A stretch of 64,000 nucleotides of DNA. Origin: Blastocladiella emersonii ATCC 22665. Taxonomy: Eukaryota > Fungi > Blastocladiomycota. Positions 1 to 12,050 of this stretch are shown in pieces. Position 1 is the stretch's first letter. Each line of letters starts with the position of its first letter. The notes under the pieces were generated by a model. It searched no databases, was not told the origin of the DNA, and saw only the letters and a program-made list of their open reading frames with translations. The stretch is taken from positions 496,001 to 560,000 of the forward strand of contig JANHCV010000014.1 in assembly GCA_025594325.1 (NCBI GenBank). Reading direction: 5' to 3'. Made by a program: the position numbers and the translations under genes.

Positions 1-128
1 GCGTGGGTAGGGGGCATGAGGTTACAAGGGGTGCTGCTCGACCTCGGCCCAGGGCCCTCGGCTAAAAACAATCGCAAACCAACGTTTATACGCGGTGGTT
101 TTGCATTGCGCGAACCGTCGTGCGATTA

Positions 129-164
129 GCGGTGCTGGTGCGAGACGCGGTGCTGGTGCGAGAC
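129..164. repeat. Perfect 18-bp tandem duplication (gcggtgctggtgcgagac x2) upstream of gene A1
   Basis: Units read directly at 129-146 and 147-164; the repeat duplicates the GAGACGCG motif. Confidence 0.9.
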
Positions 165-192
165 GCGTTGAAAAACCAGGCGACAACACGTG
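142..192 (+). promoter_or_regulatory. Candidate composite promoter element CGCGT-N18-CACGTG shared by accessory genes
   Basis: CGCGT 164-168 and CACGTG 187-192. The same 18-nt spacing recurs at 2925-2953 and 5461-5489, a 20-nt spacing at 10147-10177 (minus), and CAC(G/A)TG or CGCGTG lies 70-95 nt upstream of seven ATGs. Confidence 0.4.
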
Positions 193-263
193 ATGGTCCC
201 AAGCGCCAAATTTGCGGTCGGCTTTTCGTCGCCTCGCCGCTCCCAATCGATGAACCGGACACC

Positions 264-2585
264 ATGAATCAAATGAAAGACTTGATGCAATCACTCGAAG
301 ACTCCTTGGACGAGCATGGCCTGCGGTCCCTACCCGCGGAACTGGCGTGCGCTGTGCTTCAGCTCGCCGAACCGCGTGCCGCCGTGGCTGCCGCGTCAGC
401 TTACTTTCGCGACCTTGCACTCGACAATCGCGTTCGCTTTTCTTGGTCATTTTTGATTGCACAGCGGCTTAGCGCAACAGCCGTTCGCGAGACCCCAGCG
501 CCTCGCGACCCTATAACTCGGTTGCTGTTGATTGACCTCTCGCCGCCGTGGTTGGAAGAAGAATGTTTCGTTTACGAGGATTTATACTTACGTTCCCCAG
601 CGCCCACTGCCGTGCTCGTCAACCTGGCGTCCCTTTTCATTCGCCGAATCCGGGCGAGCTGCATCGACTCCAACTCGCTGCGCCGTCTCCTGGAGGCGTC
701 CTTTGCCGAGCCGCACGGGTCAATCTTGGCTATCCCGCTTGCCTCGCTTGTCCGGCTTGTGGCTGCTGCGGCCGTGCAGGGCTGGAACGAGACTTTGACG
801 CAAGTCCTCGAGCTCTTGCTTACCCAAGCCCCGTCGCTGCTCGACATTGGGCTCAAGCTTACCGAGTGGGCTTCGCTTGTCAAGGACTCGTATGCGACCG
901 AATACCACGCCGACGATTTTGACATGCCCGCTGAACCGCTGCGAATGGCCGATGCGCTCACGTACCTTTCCGTCCTGGCTTGGGAACACAAAAACTTTGA
1001 ACTTCTGATTCTCAATCCTCGGTACGGTGTGAACAAGGCAACCGTTGCATCCTTGCTTGCCACCGAGGGACCTGCAATCTTTGCCCTTCACGCGGCGACG
1101 CCCGAAGGTGTGACTCTCCAATATTTCGAGCGCTACGAAAGCATCTACTTTTGGATTTTCAAGTACATCCCCGAGCTACCGGCAAATGTGCTCCGATTCT
1201 ACGTTCATACGGCTGTCGCGATTGGCCACCCGATTTTTGTCATGCTTCTCGAGTGGTTCCCGGAGCAAACGCTTTCTGCACTTGTACACAATCCCGAGCT
1301 CGAGGACATCCCGATTTGGCGGCTGCCGCCCCATCCCCAGGACGTACTTGACAATGCTATTACGCTTGGCGTTTACATTATGCGTTGGTTTGAACGAGAC
1401 CTTTCTGTACGCGACCTCGGGCTGCTTGGGACGCATGGGTTTATCCATTCCAGTCGATTCTGCCAGATGGTTGCCATCGCCATCGCCCGCGGAGAGTTCG
1501 GCTACGTGCAATCGCTCTGCGATATCTGCACCGTCGAGCAGTGGCAGGAGGTTCTTCTGAGTGGTGCGTTGCGCTCACCCTTTTTTTCCGCTGCGAGTAA
1601 CGGTATTTACTGACACGTTCGTCACCCGGCCGCAGGGTTTTGCGTATTCAAATGCGTCCGCCGAGCCCGCAGCGTCATCTGCCAGGCCGTGCTTCGATAC
1701 GCGCTCGTCCCAGGCCCTAACAGCAACACCAAGGGCCAGTTGACGCTCGCTGACTTTGTCACGGCCTTTCGCTCCTATTCGGCCGAGCGTTTGGAACCAA
1801 TCGTGCCGCTTTCGGAGTTTCTTTTCGAGGGCGGTGACTCTCTTACACTGCCCGTGGAACTCCTCCAATTGCTGGTCTCACCTGCTCCCCCGCCATCTTA
1901 CAATGAAGAGCTGATCTGGTCGACTTGCGCGATTATTTCACAGCTACTTGCATCCGGCGCCTTGCAGTTTACGACGAGCAACCATCTCCATCACCTCATT
2001 CGCGCCTCGAAGGCCCCGCATCTTTTCGCTCACGTCGTGCTCCGGTCTGTCTTTGTTCCTGACGGCGTCACAGCGACCGAGCCGCAGTACAACAAGTGGA
2101 GCGATTCAGGCCGGCTGTACTGCACTAGATGCCCGTTTACAGCGCAGTCATCGTGGCGCGACCTCGTCGCCAACCTGCCGCTGAATCCCCGCTTTGGTGA
2201 GATCCCGCTTGTCAACGACGTGTGGTCGCGACTGACCGAGTACTCAAGCGCGAACCCCATGTCCGGGATCACCTGCGAGTGTAATTGCTTCGCGTCCGCT
2301 AAACTTGTCGCAGCCACCTTATTTGCAGCTGCCCCGCAACAGGCCTTTGACGCGCTTGTGCAGGAAGCGAACGAGGGTGGCATCAAAATTGACATCATGG
2401 AGCTCATTCCCGATGGCGCGCTAGACGGACTGGCAGAACCCGAAGCCCTCGCCGACTTGATCCGCACGCTGTGGAATGGCTATTGCGACGATGAGGAAGC
2501 AGGCGAGCACGTCAATTGGTACGAGGCCGAGTTTGAGCGAGTCGCACCTAACGCGTCCAGCGTGGTGGACCTTGATTTGAGTTAA
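264..2585 (+). CDS. Accessory family A, copy A1: F-box-like N-terminus, helical body, C-terminal CxxC/CxC/PDGALDG domain (~749 aa, 2 exons)
   Basis: ORFs 120..1613 and 1689..2585 join through intron 1564-1635 (GTGCGT donor, TACTGAC branch, CCGCAG acceptor, 72 nt, phase 1) to give ...LLS/GFCVFK.... ATG 264 starts MNQMKDLMQ, followed by SLPAELACAVLQLAEPR. Closely similar to A2. Confidence 0.8.
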
Positions 2586-2635
2586 ATATCGTTCGAGCCT
2601 ACTGTGTAATACAATTTACAACGAGCACTTGCACT

Positions 2636-2791
2636 GATCTTGCCCTTATCGCCAAGTCTCAGTGCCTCGCTGACCTCGTCCGCAACCTGGGCCCAAGCTC
2701 GTGCGAGGAAGTAGATGCGTTTCGAAGCGTTGACGAGTTTGAGCGTGTGGCGTCCATCGCTTCAGGCGTGGTGAGTCTCAATTTGTGTTGA
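2636..2791 (+). pseudogene. Relic 3' fragment of another family A copy
   Basis: The frame from 2666 reads LADLVRNLGPSSCEEVDAFRSVDEFERVASIASGVVSLNLC*, against A1 LADLIRTLWNGYCDDEE...EAEFERVAPNASSVVDLDLS*. Confidence 0.7.
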
Positions 2792-3032
2792 CCTCGCGAT
2801 TCGAACGACTATATAGCGCCTCGTGGACTCCTCCTTCGCGTTAACGAGTGCGGCGAAGCCTTTGGAGTGGAATGCCACGAGAGACTTCGACTTGAGACGC
2901 GAGGAGGTTTCGCGTCCTGCGAGACGCGTCGAACAATCATGCGACGCCACGTGAGCGTGAGGACCGGAACGGGCACTTTTGCGATTGGTCCGCGTTCACT
3001 ACTGCCTCTCTGTCAATGAACCCCCACGCCTC

Positions 3033-5355
3033 ATGTATCAAATGGAGGACTTTGTGCAATCAAATGAACACCCCTCGGGCTACTATAACCTGCAGTACCT
3101 CCCCGCGGAGCTGATGGAAGCTGTCCTCCAGCTTGCCGAGCCGCGCGCATCCGTCGCTGCTGCGTCAGCTTTGCTTCATGGCTGTGCACTTGGCGACGAA
3201 GTTGGATTCGCTTGGTCCCTTTCAATCGCAGAACGGCTTAGAGCAACTGCTGTCCGCCAGACTCCAGCGCCTCGCGACCCTATCACGCGGTTACTGTTGA
3301 TCGACCTGGCGCCGGCGGAAGTAGAGGCGAAAGCTCGCGAGCTTAAAGACCCTTACACTCGCGAGCCTGCACCAGCTGCTGTGCTTGTCAATCTGGCTTC
3401 CCTCCTCCTCCGCCGAATCCGTTCGAGTGATGTCAGCTCCAAATCGCTGCATCGTTGCCTGAACGCATCTTTTGCCGAGCCTTACGGGTCCATCTTGTCG
3501 ATCCCCCTTGCCACGCTCCTTCGACTTGTGGCTGCTGCGACGGTCCACGGCTGGATTAAGGTCTTGGTGCAGATTCTCGAGCTCCTGCTCGCCCAAGCGC
3601 CGTCACTACTCGAGGCTCGACTTGAGCTTACCAAGTGGGTCTCGCTCGTCGAGGACTCGTACGAGACCGTGTACCGCGCTGAGGACTTTGTTATGCCAGT
3701 CACACCGCTTCGACTGGCCGATGCGCTCGCCTACCTCACCGTCCTATCATGGAATCCTACTACCCTGGAGGTTCTCGCCTGCGATCGTCGGTACGGCGTC
3801 AGTGTTTCAATGCTTTTATCCCTGCTTGCTAAGGCAGGCCCGGCAATCCTTGCGCTTCACGCGGCGACGCCAAGCGGGATCGTTTTCAAAGATACCCTCC
3901 GCTTCGAGGCCATCTACTATTGGATATTCAAGAGCATCATCCCCGAGCTTCCAGCAACTGTGCGGCAATTTTACGTGCATACGGCTGTCGCGATTGGTTA
4001 CCCGGTTTTCATCATGCTGCTTGAGTGCTACCCGGAGCAAACACTTTCCGCTTTTGTGTACAGTCTCGAGATCAAGGACATCCCGATCCGAAGATTGCCG
4101 CCTCATCCCCAAAATGAACTTAACGATGCTTCTACGCTTGGCGGTTACATCATGACTTGGTTTGAGCGCGACCTTCCCGTGCACGACCTCGGGTTTCTCG
4201 GGACGCACGGATTTATTGATCCCAGTCGATGCTGCCAAATGGTTGCCATCGGCCTCGCCCGCGGGGAGTTTGGCTATGTGCAATCGTTCTGCGACTTGTG
4301 TACCGTTGACGAATGGAAGTCTACGCTGCTGGACGGTATGTTGTCATCGAGGTTTTCGGTTACGAACATCGCGCACTGATACAATCACAACTCGACTAGC
4401 TTTTTGTGCCGCCAAAGCTGCTCATCGAGACCGCAGCGTCATCTGCCAGGCCGTGCTCCAGTACGCGCTCGTTCCAGGCCCGAACAGCAACACCAAGGGC
4501 CAGTTGACGCTCGCTGATTTTGTCACGGCCTTCCGTTCCTATTCGTCAGAGCACCTTGATCCGCCCGCACCGCTGTCCGATTTTCTTTTTGAGGGGAGCG
4601 AGAACCTTACGTTGCCCGCCGAGTTCCTTGAATTGCTGGTCTCGCCCTCGCCCCCGCCTGCGTACAGCGAGGAACTGATCTGGTCGACCTGCATGATCAT
4701 CTCGCAGCTTCTTTCCTCCGGCGTGCTGCGGTATGCGACGAGGGATCATCTCCTTCACATTCTCCGCACTTCGGAAGCTCCACACCTCTTCACGCACATC
4801 GTGCTCCGGTCCGTCTTTGCGCCTGACGGCGTTACGGCTACTGACCCACAGTTTAACACGTGGAGCGACTCGGGCCGGTTGTATTGCACCGAATGCCCGT
4901 TTACAGCGCAGCTGTCTTGGCGCGACCTTGTCGCTGACATGCCGCAGGATCCCCGCTTTGGTGAGATCCCTCTTGTAAACAACGTGTGGTCGCGCCTGAT
5001 CAAGTACGTCAGCGCGAATCCCATGTCCGGGATCACATGCACGTGTCACTGCTATGCGACCTCCAAGGTTGTCGCAGCTACCTTGTTTGCGGCTGATCCG
5101 CAGCGGGCTTTCGACAAGCTCTTGGAGGAAGCGAATGAGGGCGGCATCAAGTTCGATGTTCTGGAACTCATCCCTGATGGGGCGTTGGACGGTCTGGCCG
5201 AGCCTCAAGCGCTTGCCGAATTGGTCCGTACGCTTTTTAAAGGCTACTGCGACGAGGAAGATGATGATGACGAAGAAAACTCCGAGTGTTACGCGGCCGA
5301 GTTTGAGCGAGTCGCACCTGCCGTATCCAGCATGGTGGACCTCAATTTCAGTTGA
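3033..5355 (+). CDS. Accessory family A, copy A2 (~752 aa, 2 exons)
   Basis: ORFs 2979..4379 and 4162..5355 join through intron 4336-4399 (GTATGT...CACTGAT...CTAG, 64 nt). The intron length accounts for the frame change and its position matches the A1 intron. Starts MYQMEDFVQ...YLPAELMEAVLQLAEPR. Confidence 0.8.
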
Positions 5356-5572
5356 AGTAAAACCTTTTAACAAGCAAACATTCATGACACAGTAGTCTAC
5401 GTGATGTATCCTGTGAGCTGAGGCAAGTCGTGCTCGCGTCCAAAAAGGTCGGGCGAAGGACGCGTCGATTAATCACGCCAGGCCACGTGTGCGGCGCCGG
5501 AGCATTTAGCCTCGTCATCGCGGTTGACCGCTCGCTCTCTCGCTCCTCGCGACCCCCACAACCATTGAACCC

Positions 5573-8302
5573 ATGAATCTGATGGAAGACTCTATGCAAC
5601 AGCCCGGAGACGACTCGGACATCCATGCGCTGGCTCGGCTTCCCACGGAACTCGTCAGCGCCGTGCTCCAGCTTACCAAACAGCGCGCCGCCGTCGCTGC
5701 TGCGTCGTCTTCACTTTATGCAGTTGCGCTTGGTGATCAAGTTTGTTTCGCCTGGACCTTGTCTGTCGTGGGTCATCTCACGAAGTGCGCCGTTCGCCAT
5801 GATGGCGATCCGCCCCACGACGACATCTCGCGTCTCATATTGGTCGATCGCAACCCGGAAGAGCTGCGAGAGGAGATTTGGTCCAGAGGGAAGCCTTACT
5901 ATCGGGATCCCGCGCCGACGGAAGCTCTTGTCAACTTGGCTAGACTCCTGCGCAGACGCATTCGGCCGAGCGACGTCAACAGCGACACCTTGCGTCGGCG
6001 CTTGAGTGCTGCTCTTGCTGCACGCGATAGCCCCATTCTCAAGTGCCATATCTCAACGCTTGTACGGCTCCTTGTTGCCGCCGCCGCGTTCGACTGGGTG
6101 GACCCGCTGCGCCGAATCCTTGACAACATCGCTTCCGAGTTGCCGCTGTTGCTGAACGTCCGGCTTGAGCTTCTCGAGTGGTGCGCCATCTTCAAGGAAT
6201 ACTTTACAGTGACGTATTTGCAGCACAATCCGCCTGCCGTACCGAAGTTACCCCCGCTCCGCTTTGCAGACGCACTTTGCTTCCTCGCCGGGACTTTCCA
6301 GTCGAACACTGGTTTCTGCATGTCCCTACTGGCCTTGATGACAGTGACCTCGCGGTGGCCGTCCGACCCCGCTCGCCCGCAGGGATCGGCATGCATCGCG
6401 TGAGAGTAGTTCACGTGCCTTTCACGTGATGTCTCACCCGCGAGACGAGACGCGGACGCGTTCTCTCTTCACTCACCGCGGAGAGAGATTCCAGCAGCAG
6501 CATATAACCGAGACATAAAGTAGAAGCTTACAGCGGGACGGGGATACCCACGTGCGCGGCACGTGGGCCTGAATGACCACGCATTGGTCAGACGGAATCG
6601 GCGCGTGGCCGAGGCGCAGCGGAGGGACCCGATCGGGGGCGCGCGAGCATCGGCGACGCGACTACGTCACCGAGGCTCCGGCCCGAACGAGAGGCCCCTG
6701 GGTTGTGGTGGGTTGGGAGGCCTTGAGCGAGAGGGAGGAGCCGCGCGCGGAGCTTGATCAAGCGACGATCAAGACCAGGGCGGCGCACCTGCACCTTTAT
6801 AGGCCGCCGACGCGAGGCGGGCGGCGGAAGAGGCCTCAGCTAAGGTTCCTGCGCTGGAGCACCGTTGAGGTGGCTAGCCCCATATACTGCGCATCACCCG
6901 ACCTTTCTCCCGACCACCCAAGCGAGAAGCAGAGCAAGTAGCAGGGCGAGAAGCATTGACCCCGTGGCAGGTGATCAAGCGCGTATACGTGGACCAACCA
7001 AAGCGCGAGGTCGTGAGGCCCACATGGGGTCGCGGCGCGTGCAACAGCTGCATGCGGACGCGAGCCCAGAGCATGTGCCGCGGCGCGTGCTGCGACGCGG
7101 CACGTTAGGCCATTCTTCCGGTCACACCCTCGCGCGCGATTACCTTCACTGCGTTGCGGTGTCACGCCCTAACCAATGACGAACTTGACGGGAGGCCGGA
7201 AGAGCAATTTGGCGAGCGGATCGTTGAGTGGTTTGAAAAGGATTTATCGATGCACAACCTTGAGCTGCTCGACTACCATGGGCTCATTGCTCCAAAACGC
7301 TGGCCCGCGATTCTTGTCACGGCTATTGCCCGAGGCGAACTCGACTTTGTCAAGCGAACCCGTCAGCGGTGTACCTCTGAGGAGTGGAAGCGCTTACTCT
7401 TGGAAGGTGCGCCACTTCCTCAGGGCCTCTTAGTTGGCGCTCTTTGACTCGAGCTGGACAATTGTAGCATTTTTTGTTGGTCACAGCAGCGAGGAAATGA
7501 GTCCACAAATGAGTGGACGCATCCTCGATCTCGCGCTGGTCCCAAACCCTCTCGGTAACGAAGACGGAGACGATCAACCGAGCCTGGCTGATTTCATCTA
7601 CGCTTATCGCCTCGGCCCACGAACAGCGATATGACCTGGTCCGACTCGGTTTGTATCTGTTGGTTACTCGTGGCGGCTTTTGCCAACCCGAGCGCGTGGG
7701 GGTGCTTTCTAGGCTGGAGCTTGGGAGACGGACACTGCCCATCTCATTGCGCATGTCGTGATCCGCGCAATTTTCCAGCCAAACGGGGCACATCCTGTGC
7801 CAGCATGCTTCAGCGACTTGGACGCCAGCGAGTATGGCGTTTGCCCGAAATGCCCTTTCGCAACGCAGCAACCGTGGCGCGAGCTCGTCGTGGAACTGTG
7901 CTCCAAGTGCACTGACGCGAAACTCGCGTCGGTTATCCCGCTTGCCGATCAAACGTGGGCACACTTGTACAAGAATGCAGGACTCGGCAACTGCACCGCC
8001 GCCTCGAGACCCACGGCCAGCTGCTCCTGTGACCGGCTTGCGTCCGCCCAGCTGGTCGCGCGCATCATGTTCACATCTGACCCGTGCCGAGCGTACAAAA
8101 CGCTGTGCGACGAGGCGAATGCGGGAAGCGTGCCTTAATTCCTGACGGTGCTTTGGACAAGCTCGAGAGTCCCGAGACGCTGGCCGCCTTCGTTCTCGCA
8201 CTCCAGCCGGAGACTGGCGCGGAGCACGATTCGGAGTTGGTGGCGCGTGAGCTTGCTCGAGTCGCGCCGACTGACGCGAGCGCAATGAGTCTCGATTTGT
8301 AA
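5573..8302 (+). pseudogene. Accessory family A, copy A3: interrupted by an insertion, internally deleted and frameshifted
   Basis: Starts MNLMEDSMQ...RLPTELVSAVLQL. Homology resumes near 7170 (IVEWFEKDL...IARGELDFV). Same-position intron at 7407-7467. Later fragments CPKCPFATQQPWREL, CSCDRLASAQL, IPDGALDKL and ELARVAP lie in several frames. Confidence 0.8.
6339..7164 (-). mobile_element. Probable solo LTR (~826 bp) inside A3
   Basis: Non-coding insert within A3 with TGACA...TGTCA ends and, on the minus strand, a CCTATAAAGG TATA-like box followed by a pyrimidine-rich tract. No TSD; roughly 100 or more codons of A3 are missing at the site. Confidence 0.45.
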
Positions 8303-8446
8303 CAGTATGCGCCCGTCAATACACCCTCGATCCTGTCCAAGACGATGTTCTCCCATCATCGGCTCAAACATGAACGTAGTCAGGACGGGAATGTAAATTG
8401 ACTTTGAACCTGTCGCACAACGATACCTTCAACATGACAACCGAGT

Positions 8447-10070
8447 TTAGAGCCTCGAAATAGTAAGTTGATCAAACCCAGCTTGATTCAACATATCCCG
8501 GAGCTCGTCTTGATCGACGTCCAACGTCAGGACGCGGAGTGTGCGAGGCAGCCGCGGGATCAACGCGCGAGAGCCATCAAGCGCAAACTTGTTGAGGCTA
8601 AGCATCAAAATTTTGAGGGAGCACGGGAAGCGATCCTGTGTTCTGGTCCCGCAAGCCGAGGATATTGGATGCGGAAGGTGCAACGCAAAGGCGGCAATCG
8701 CTTCGTCGTCCAGCTCGTTTGAAGCGAGGTCAAGGCGATGAAGGGTCGCAGGAAGGGCGTAGGTGATCGCGGCCAGCGCTTTTCCATCGATTTGATTATG
8801 GCGGAGGCCAAGCCACTCAAGGCCGGGCGGCATGTTCGCTGCAAGAATTCCAGCACCTTCAGCACCAATCTCCATACAAGTAAGATCAAGCTTGCGAAGC
8901 GCGGGCGGAAGGCGAGCAAGGATGGTGGCCATCACTGACGACGGGTTTGGGGTATCCCAGGAATGGCGAGCAATTTCAAGGTCGCTCAAAGTCGGAGGCA
9001 AGCGCGCCATGAGTGCGCAGGCCAGTTGTTCATCCCAGCAGACGCCCGTGCTTCAGAGTGATTCGAGAGTTGACAGGATTCCGTGACTGAGTTTCATCAC
9101 AGGCTCGCGCGCGAGCAACCCGTAGTCTGAGTTGTCTGCCTGAGTGCTGATCACATTGTTTTCAAGGCGAAGAATCTTGAGCGAGGGAGGAAGGTGGCGG
9201 AGAAACCCGGCGCTGTCCGGAGTGTTCAGGAACTCGTTTTCGAGATGCAATACTTCGAGGGAGTCGGGAAGCCATTTCCCCGGGTACCTCGTGACTGCGA
9301 TGCGCAAGAATATTGTACTCCAAGTGGAGCTCGCGAAGCGTGTCCGGAAGGCCCATAGAAACGAGGATCGAGAGGGTGAGGGCGGTATCGCGGAAGGAAG
9401 CCTTGGTCACGGCCTGGTCCGAGCTCGAAAACGCAGCACAAAGGAAGGCAGCTCCAGAATTGCTGAGTCGCGCGTGTTCGATTGTAACTTCCGTGGTTTG
9501 ACCGGATGCTATCGATGGTGCAAGAGTGTTAGCGAGCTCGTCGCCAGGCGCGAGAGAATCGCCCGAAATCGAATCCTACGAGGACGAGTTCAGTGATCCA
9601 AGGCCATCTGCGCCTGCGCTTTTCCCTTTTCTGTCGTACCAGAATTGATGGAGAAAGTAGCGTTTTAACTTGAGGAATGAAGCAGAGCGGCGACAGATCA
9701 GAATCGTCGCGAAACCACTCCAAGACACGGAATTGGCGGTGATCTATCGCCGTGGAAATGATATTATAGGGAAGGAGGGTCGGCTCGCCGAGCACTCCGC
9801 TGGAGAAACTACCTGTCAAGCCGGCCAGGCGAAGCACATGGAGAGCGCTCCAAATACAGGCCATTCGGACGTTCGAGCTCGTCATAAGGTGCTTGACAAT
9901 CGCAGAAAAGACTCGAGGAGCAATCGCGCGCGGTATTATGCGCGAGTAGTGTGTGACGTCCAAGTCGATGGGAGAGGACGCGAACACGGCGGAGACAAGG
10001 ATGTGCTCCGCGATCGCGATGGGCAGAGCCGGCCCTGGGTCGGTTGCGCCAAGTTATTCATTCGATTCAT
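8447..10070 (-). pseudogene. F-box-like/LRR gene, copy L2 (frameshifts and a premature stop)
   Basis: ATG 10070 (MNRMNNLAQ) with an early frameshift into ALPIAIAEHIL; intron 9639-9576; frameshift in a G run near 9280; in-frame TGA at 9053-9055. Ribonuclease-inhibitor-like LRRs (LRKLDLTCMEIGAEGAGILA, LHRLDLASNELDDEAIAAFA). Confidence 0.8.
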
Positions 10071-10430
10071 GGCTGGGTGTTGGTACATTGTGGGTGGAGG
10101 CGTTCGGCCAGATCGCGCAAGCCTCGAGAGGCGGTCAACTTGGGATCACGTGGGCGCACGCGCTCATGAACGACGCGGTTGAGGTCGAGCGATCGAGGGC
10201 AGAATCTTGAACCGCCAAGGGATACAGCTCTGCGCTCAAGACCGCAAAGTCGGCTTCACCCGAAGAACACTGGACCGCGCCCGGCCAACTCTAACGTGTG
10301 CGGGCTTCAGGACTCAACAATTTGGTCTGAATATGCGAGTTTTAACTTTGTGACGCGTAACGAAGACGAGAAATACGAGAGTATCAATGCAAATACAACC
10401 AACAGAAATCAAAAGAGCAACAATTTCAAG

Positions 10431-12050
10431 TCATCGAATCCCGCGAGGTCCAACGTCTTTTTGGATCTCGGCTCGCTGATCGTTGCGGACCTTCAGCTCT
10501 AGGGCTCGAAGTGTGCGGGGCAATCGCGGAATGAGCGCGCGAAAGGCATCGTGCGTAACAACACCATTGGAACTAAGCCGCAGAGTTTTGAGAGAGTAGG
10601 GGAAACATTCCTGCGTCCCGAATTCCAGCGACAAGGTTGTCCGCAGCGGAAGGCGAGCTGCAAACGCAACAATTCCCTTGTCGGTGATGAAATTTGCAGC
10701 AAGATCCAATAGTTTCAGAGTCGTTGGAAATGCGCGTGTGAGCGCAACAAGACCTTCGTCGCCTAATTTGTTTTGGCAGAGGACGAGATACTCGAGACCG
10801 GACGGCATGTGCGCGGCAAGAAGTTCAGCGCCCTCAGCGCCAAAATGAAGTCCAACGAGAGTGAGCTTGCGGAGCGCCCGTGGGAGTCGAACAATCATGG
10901 CCTGCGCGGCAGAAGGCGGACAGGGCGGCATCTCAAAGCAGTGAGTGAGGTGAAGTACGCCCAAAAAAGGAGGCAACGAAGCCATGAGCGTGTACGCCGT
11001 GCCTTCGTCCCATTCAATACCAGAAACTTGGAGTGAGGTGAGCGCTGTTGGCATTCCGCGAGCGAGGTTGATCACCGGCTCTCGGGTGAGGGTCCCGTGG
11101 TCCAAATTGCCGACGACATGACGCATGTCCACGTTGTTGTCAACGCGCAGGACTCGAAGCGACGTGGGGAGGTGGCGGAGAAACACAGCCCCGTCCGGTG
11201 CATTTAGAAACTCGTTTTCGAGATGTAAGACTTCGAGGGAGTCGGGGAGCCATTTTCCGGGCACCTCGTGACCGCGGTAAGCAAGAACATTGTACTTCAA
11301 GTGAAGTATACGGAGAGTGGCCGGTAGCCCCATGCGCAGAAGGGTAGGAAGAGCGAGCGCAGTGTCAAAGAAAGAAACCTTGACCACAGCCTGACTTGGG
11401 CTTGAGAAAGCAGCGTGAAGAGCGTTAGCTCCGGCGTTTGTAAGACGTGCATGCTCAATTTTGATTTCAAGGGCTTTTCCAGATGCAATCGACGGGGCGA
11501 GAAGTTTGGCCTGCTCGTCACCGGGTGCGAGCAACTCGCCTGAAGCCGGATCCTATGGTTTCTGACCATGTATTAGTAAGTTGGCCCAAGCGCTTGTGCG
11601 CCTTTTGAATATCCGTACCAGAACTGCTCGAGAGAGGAGTACTTTACATTTAGCGGAGGCCCTGAGCCGCAGCGGATCTGCTTCGTCACGTAGCCACTCC
11701 AAGACGTGGAACTGCTGATTTTTGAGAGCTCCGAACTGGATTTTTGAAAGAAGGTACCCATCTGCGTTGAGCACTCGGCTGGCAAATCTGGGGATTATTT
11801 TGGCCAGCCGAAGCACACGGAGGGCGCCGAGCCGAGAAGCCAATTCGAGATTTAATTCAGCTGTGAGGTGCTTGACGATCGCAGAAAAGACTCGAGGGGC
11901 AACGGCACGCGGTAAAACTCGCGAGTAGTGCGTGGCGTCCAAGTCGACGGGGGAGCACGCGAACACGGCATAAACAAGAATGTGCTCCGCAATTGTGACG
12001 AGCAGAGCCGTCCTGGCTGTCCGTTGCACCAAGTCATTCATTGGATCCAT
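10431..12050 (-). CDS. F-box-like N-terminal exon plus ribonuclease-inhibitor-type LRR protein, copy L1 (~517 aa, 2 exons)
   Basis: ATG 12050 (MDPMNDLVQ). Intron 11618-11553 (GTACGG...TACTAAT...CATAG, 66 nt, phase 0) joins ...RAVL/DPASGELL.... LRRs include LEYLVLCQNKLGDEGLVALT and LKLLDLAANFITDKGIVAFA. A possible +1 slip in an A5 run near 10460 alters the last residues. Confidence 0.8.
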
